Source: Macrostomum lignano (Eukaryota). From it: a stretch of DNA of 64,000 nt. The stretch is from the NCBI GenBank assembly GCA_002269645.1, contig NIVC01002048.1:1-64000 (forward strand), in the 5' to 3' direction. Positions 61,701 to 64,000 of the stretch are shown piece after piece (within the stretch, counting starts at the first letter, position 1; every line of letters starts with the position of its first letter). Below the pieces are notes generated by a model. That model had not been told where the DNA came from. It saw nothing but the letters and a program-made list of their open reading frames with translations, and searched no databases. The translations under genes and the position numbers were made by a program.

Positions 61701-64000
61701 GGACATGACACCACCGCAGAACGTTGGCGAGCTTGAATCCTTCCTGGGTCTCGTAAATTTTAGCGGCAAGTTCATCAGAAACCTAGCTGCACTGACCAAG
61801 CCTCTCAATCGACTAAGAAAGAAAAATGAGGACTTCGTGTGGACAAAGGAGTGTCAAATAGCATTTGACGAAATCAAGGTCACTCTCTCTGATCAATCGA
61901 GTCTTCAAATATTTGATCCGGAGAAGCCCATTGAACTGGAATGCGACAGTTCTCAGCGAGCTCTGGGCGGAGTGTTGACACAAAGCGGTCAAGTCGTGCT
62001 GTACATGAGCAAGACTCTGTCTGACGCCGAAACAAAATATTCGCAAATAGAGCGTGAAGGCCTGGCACTGGTTTGGTGCATTCAAAGATGCCATCGGTTC
62101 TTGTATGGCCGGAGGTTCACACTGATAACTGATCACCGGCCCCTCACATACATATTCGCGCCAGACAAACAGCTGCCCACCAGAGTTTCAGCTCGACTGC
62201 AACGATGGGCAATCATACTAGCTGCTTATGACTGTGACATACAGTATCGACCATCAAAGCTAATGCTGTCGGATGCGCTATCTCGACTGGTGCCCGCTAA
62301 GCCGAATGCACAGACAGCATCGATCGGACTCCTCGAAGCTGACAACCCGGGAGTAATTCAGCTGGATCGCATTGCACACGCAACCAGAGAGGGGACCCGA
62401 AGTTCAGATGCCTGGGCGCAGCCATAATTAACAATAATCTATTTGACGACCCACACCTACTCAGCTACTCAAAGGTTCAAGATGAGCTAACTGTCAATGA
62501 TGGAATTATTTACAGAATGAACAGAATTGTATTGCCTCGTGTCCTGAGAGAAACTGCCCTGGCAGCTGTACACTCAACGCACGTTGGGGTGGAAAAGTCA
62601 AAGTCAATTTTGAGGGAACAGTTCTGGTGGCCACAGATGGACCGTGACATCGCTGACTACATTGGACGATGCAACGTGTGCAACGCGTACAAGTCCAGAA
62701 ATAAGAACTTTCGGCACTCGTGGCCAGAACCTGACAACCCCTGGGAGCGAGTGCACATTGATTTTGCCGGTCCGATAGAGGGCAAGTACCTACTCATCAT
62801 TGTTGATGCGCACTCGAGCTACCCGGAAGTCTTCATCACGAGCGACATGAAGGCCGACACAGTCATTTCCAGACTTAGAAGATTGTTCTCACAACAGGGG
62901 GTGCCCAAGTGTCTCGTGTCAGACAACGGCCCTAGTTTTGTGAGCGAAGCGGTGACCGGCTGGCTCACCCAGATTGGCTGTTCGCACATCACAACGCCCG
63001 CCTACCATCCACAGAGCAACGGCATTGCAGAGCGAATGGTGCGAACCGTCAAAGAGACAATCAAGACCAATGGTTTATCCCAAAGAAGTATTGACAGATT
63101 TCTACTGTTCTACAGAGCTGCCAAAGGGAAGCAGCAAGCATCACCGTCCGAGTTGTTGAACGGCAGACAAATAAGACTCCCCATCTCGGAGAGCAGCACT
63201 CAGTCCAAGTGGATCCCAGGAGAATCACTCATCTACCGTGCATCGAGTTCTCATGAGCCACGAACTGTGAGATTCGCCAAAATGCTTGGCAGCAACACAG
63301 CAGTCGTCACCACAGAGACTGGACGAAATCTAAAGACCCACCTCGATCAACTACGAATCGGTGAGGTACCTGAGGCTCACGGAACTACGGAAATGGGGAA
63401 TTCCAAGCCCGGTGGCAACGGTCCAAGTGACGACGGCCAACAGACGCGTCCGTCATCGACAGACACTGAGATACTACCGGGAACAGAACAAGCTGAGAGA
63501 GCACAACAGCAACAGACTGAGGCCGGAGTTCAATCCAAGCCGTCACCCAGGCGAAGCGAACGCTTGGCCAAGAAAACTAGAATTTTTATCGCACCTGAGT
63601 GATAATTGTACACCTACCTATAGAAGAGGGAGGGTGTTGTGGGTTGATGGCTTTGCCATAGACATTTTTGTTACGCGACTGCGTTGATGAATTGAACCAT
63701 GCTATTGAGTTATGAAATAAATGATAGACGCGTCAGAGGTCAACAGACCGCTAGACTGACAATTGCTAAAGGCTAAAGCCAAAAGCACAACAGTCAGGGG
63801 CGACAATTCTGAGGTGTCAGGGGCGACCATTTTGAGGTATCAGGGGCGACCATTTTGAAGTGTCAGGGGCGACCATCCTGAAGTGTCAGGGGCGAACACC
63901 AGGTTCTAATTTTTCTCACCCGTGCATTTCAAGGTCAACTTCGCTGAGGTCCTCTAACGACGCCTCCCAGTAGCCGTCGCTCTCGCCCTTGCCTTCCCCA
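55327..64000 (-). CDS. LRR/Ig-domain single-pass membrane protein gene (LIG-like), 5' part beyond the window
   Basis: Proposed exons 64000+ to 63920, 60991-60669, about 59491-59293, 57466-56899, 55794-55327 with matching phases 2,1,2,0. Split Ig domain (GAAVQLMCIV...LTW / SRLQVTSMSPLFAGRYTCRA), TM helix LILACGCACVLALSLALTGAVCW followed by RQIQQRRRR, low-complexity cytoplasmic tail. The LRR assignment (LEDLSEVDLEMHGRLSAL) is tentative. Confidence 0.65.
55813..56090. repeat. Perfect 20-bp minisatellite (Ig gene intron)
   Basis: GAGAGTGACTAGATGTGATA. Confidence 0.95.
56210..56845. repeat. 20-bp minisatellite (same intron)
   Basis: GTGACACTT(T/C)AGAGTGAAAT. Confidence 0.95.
56899..57466 (-). 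CDS. Ig membrane protein exon (second half of Ig plus TM)
   Basis: CCCATCAG acceptor, phase 2; AGRYTC Ig F-strand; hydrophobic TM; donor GTG|GTGAGT. Confidence 0.8.
57600..57885. repeat. 23-bp minisatellite (Ig gene intron)
   Basis: AGATCGGGGGTTGTTGTTTGGGT. Confidence 0.93.
58740..59225. repeat. G-rich degenerate minisatellite
   Basis: GGAGTGAGGTGGCTGCAGTAGGGGTT..GGGGTTAGGAGG family. Confidence 0.85.
59293..59491 (-). CDS. Ig membrane protein exon (first half of Ig)
   Basis: QPLLELQPSGVLYSRAGAAVQLMCIVTNISLVDLDSLTWTFRG; donor GG|GTGAGA, phase 2. The acceptor position is uncertain (59491, 59428 or 59417). Confidence 0.7.
60325..60605. repeat. Second array of the same G-rich minisatellite
   Basis: GGGAGTGAGGTGGCTGCAGTAAGGGGTTACGGGGTTAGGAGGGGCA. 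Confidence 0.85.
60669..60991 (-). CDS. Candidate ectodomain exon of the same gene
   Basis: Pyrimidine-rich acceptor CTTTCTGTCCACCTCCAG; GC-rich, Leu-rich open frame; phase 2 in, phase 1 out. Confidence 0.5.
61085..61250. repeat. 23-bp minisatellite, left flank of the Gypsy remnant
   Basis: GTGTCAGGGGCGACAATTCTGAG. Confidence 0.9.
61258..63792 (+). mobile_element. 5'-truncated Ty3/Gypsy LTR retrotransposon (Mag-like), partial pol plus 3' LTR
   Basis: RT (RLDLEKAHHQIPL, PFGVKTAPAIFQ, YVDD), RNase H (LECDSSQRALGGVL, TDHRPL), integrase (HSTHVG...CNVC; HIDFAGP, SDNGPSF, HPQSNGIAERMVRT) in Gypsy order RT-RH-INT. One frameshift near 62390. Polypurine tract at about 63622-63634. Confidence 0.93.
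63635..63792 (+). repeat. 3' LTR (158 bp)
   Basis: Starts TGTTGTG right after the PPT, ends CACAACA (7-bp terminal inverted repeat), contains AATAAA near 63715. Confidence 0.85.
63793..63895. repeat. Same 23-bp minisatellite, right flank of the Gypsy remnant
   Basis: GTCAGGGGCGACAATTCTGAGGT resumes immediately after the LTR end. Confidence 0.9.
63920..64000 (-). CDS. Candidate upstream exon (truncated by the window edge)
   Basis: GEGKGESDGYWEASLEDLSEVDLEMHG; donor GG|GTGAGA at 63919 is phase 2, matching the 60991 acceptor. Confidence 0.5.

Noticed and set aside
62385-62430. Programmed ribosomal frameshift in pol
   Set aside because: Located between RNase H and integrase in a short G run with no typical slippery heptamer; more likely a mutation or homopolymer sequencing error.

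Overview
Eukaryotic (metazoan, probably invertebrate) genomic DNA, not prokaryotic. GC-rich exons sit in AT-rich spacers, and most larger introns are filled by a private tandem-repeat array. That style resembles free-living flatworms such as Macrostomum, but the taxon is an inference only. Genes rebuilt by hand from GT-AG boundaries and frame continuity: (1) a RIMS-binding protein gene (+, about 800-12274: coiled coil, partial SH3, 3xFN3, 2xSH3); (2) a two-exon BK-channel beta-subunit (KCNMB/CaKB)-like gene (-, 19572-20569); (3) a complete 13-exon CYFIP/Sra-1 gene (+, 25570-40983, 1297 aa) whose 12 introns are all phase 0; (4) tRNA-Val(AAC) at 42743-42815; (5) an Sp-family zinc-finger gene (-, main exon 45953-46603); (6) an LRR/Ig single-pass membrane protein gene (-, 55327 to beyond 64000). 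One intron of gene 6 holds a 5'-truncated Gypsy LTR retrotransposon embedded in a minisatellite. Also present: a roughly 700-bp inverted repeat just after the RIMBP stop, a tRNA-derived CORE-like SINE, a dispersed short repeat family, and about 35 distinct micro/minisatellite arrays. Most long ORFs in the supplied track are artefacts of stop-free tandem repeats. No databases were searched; family calls rest on recognised motifs.
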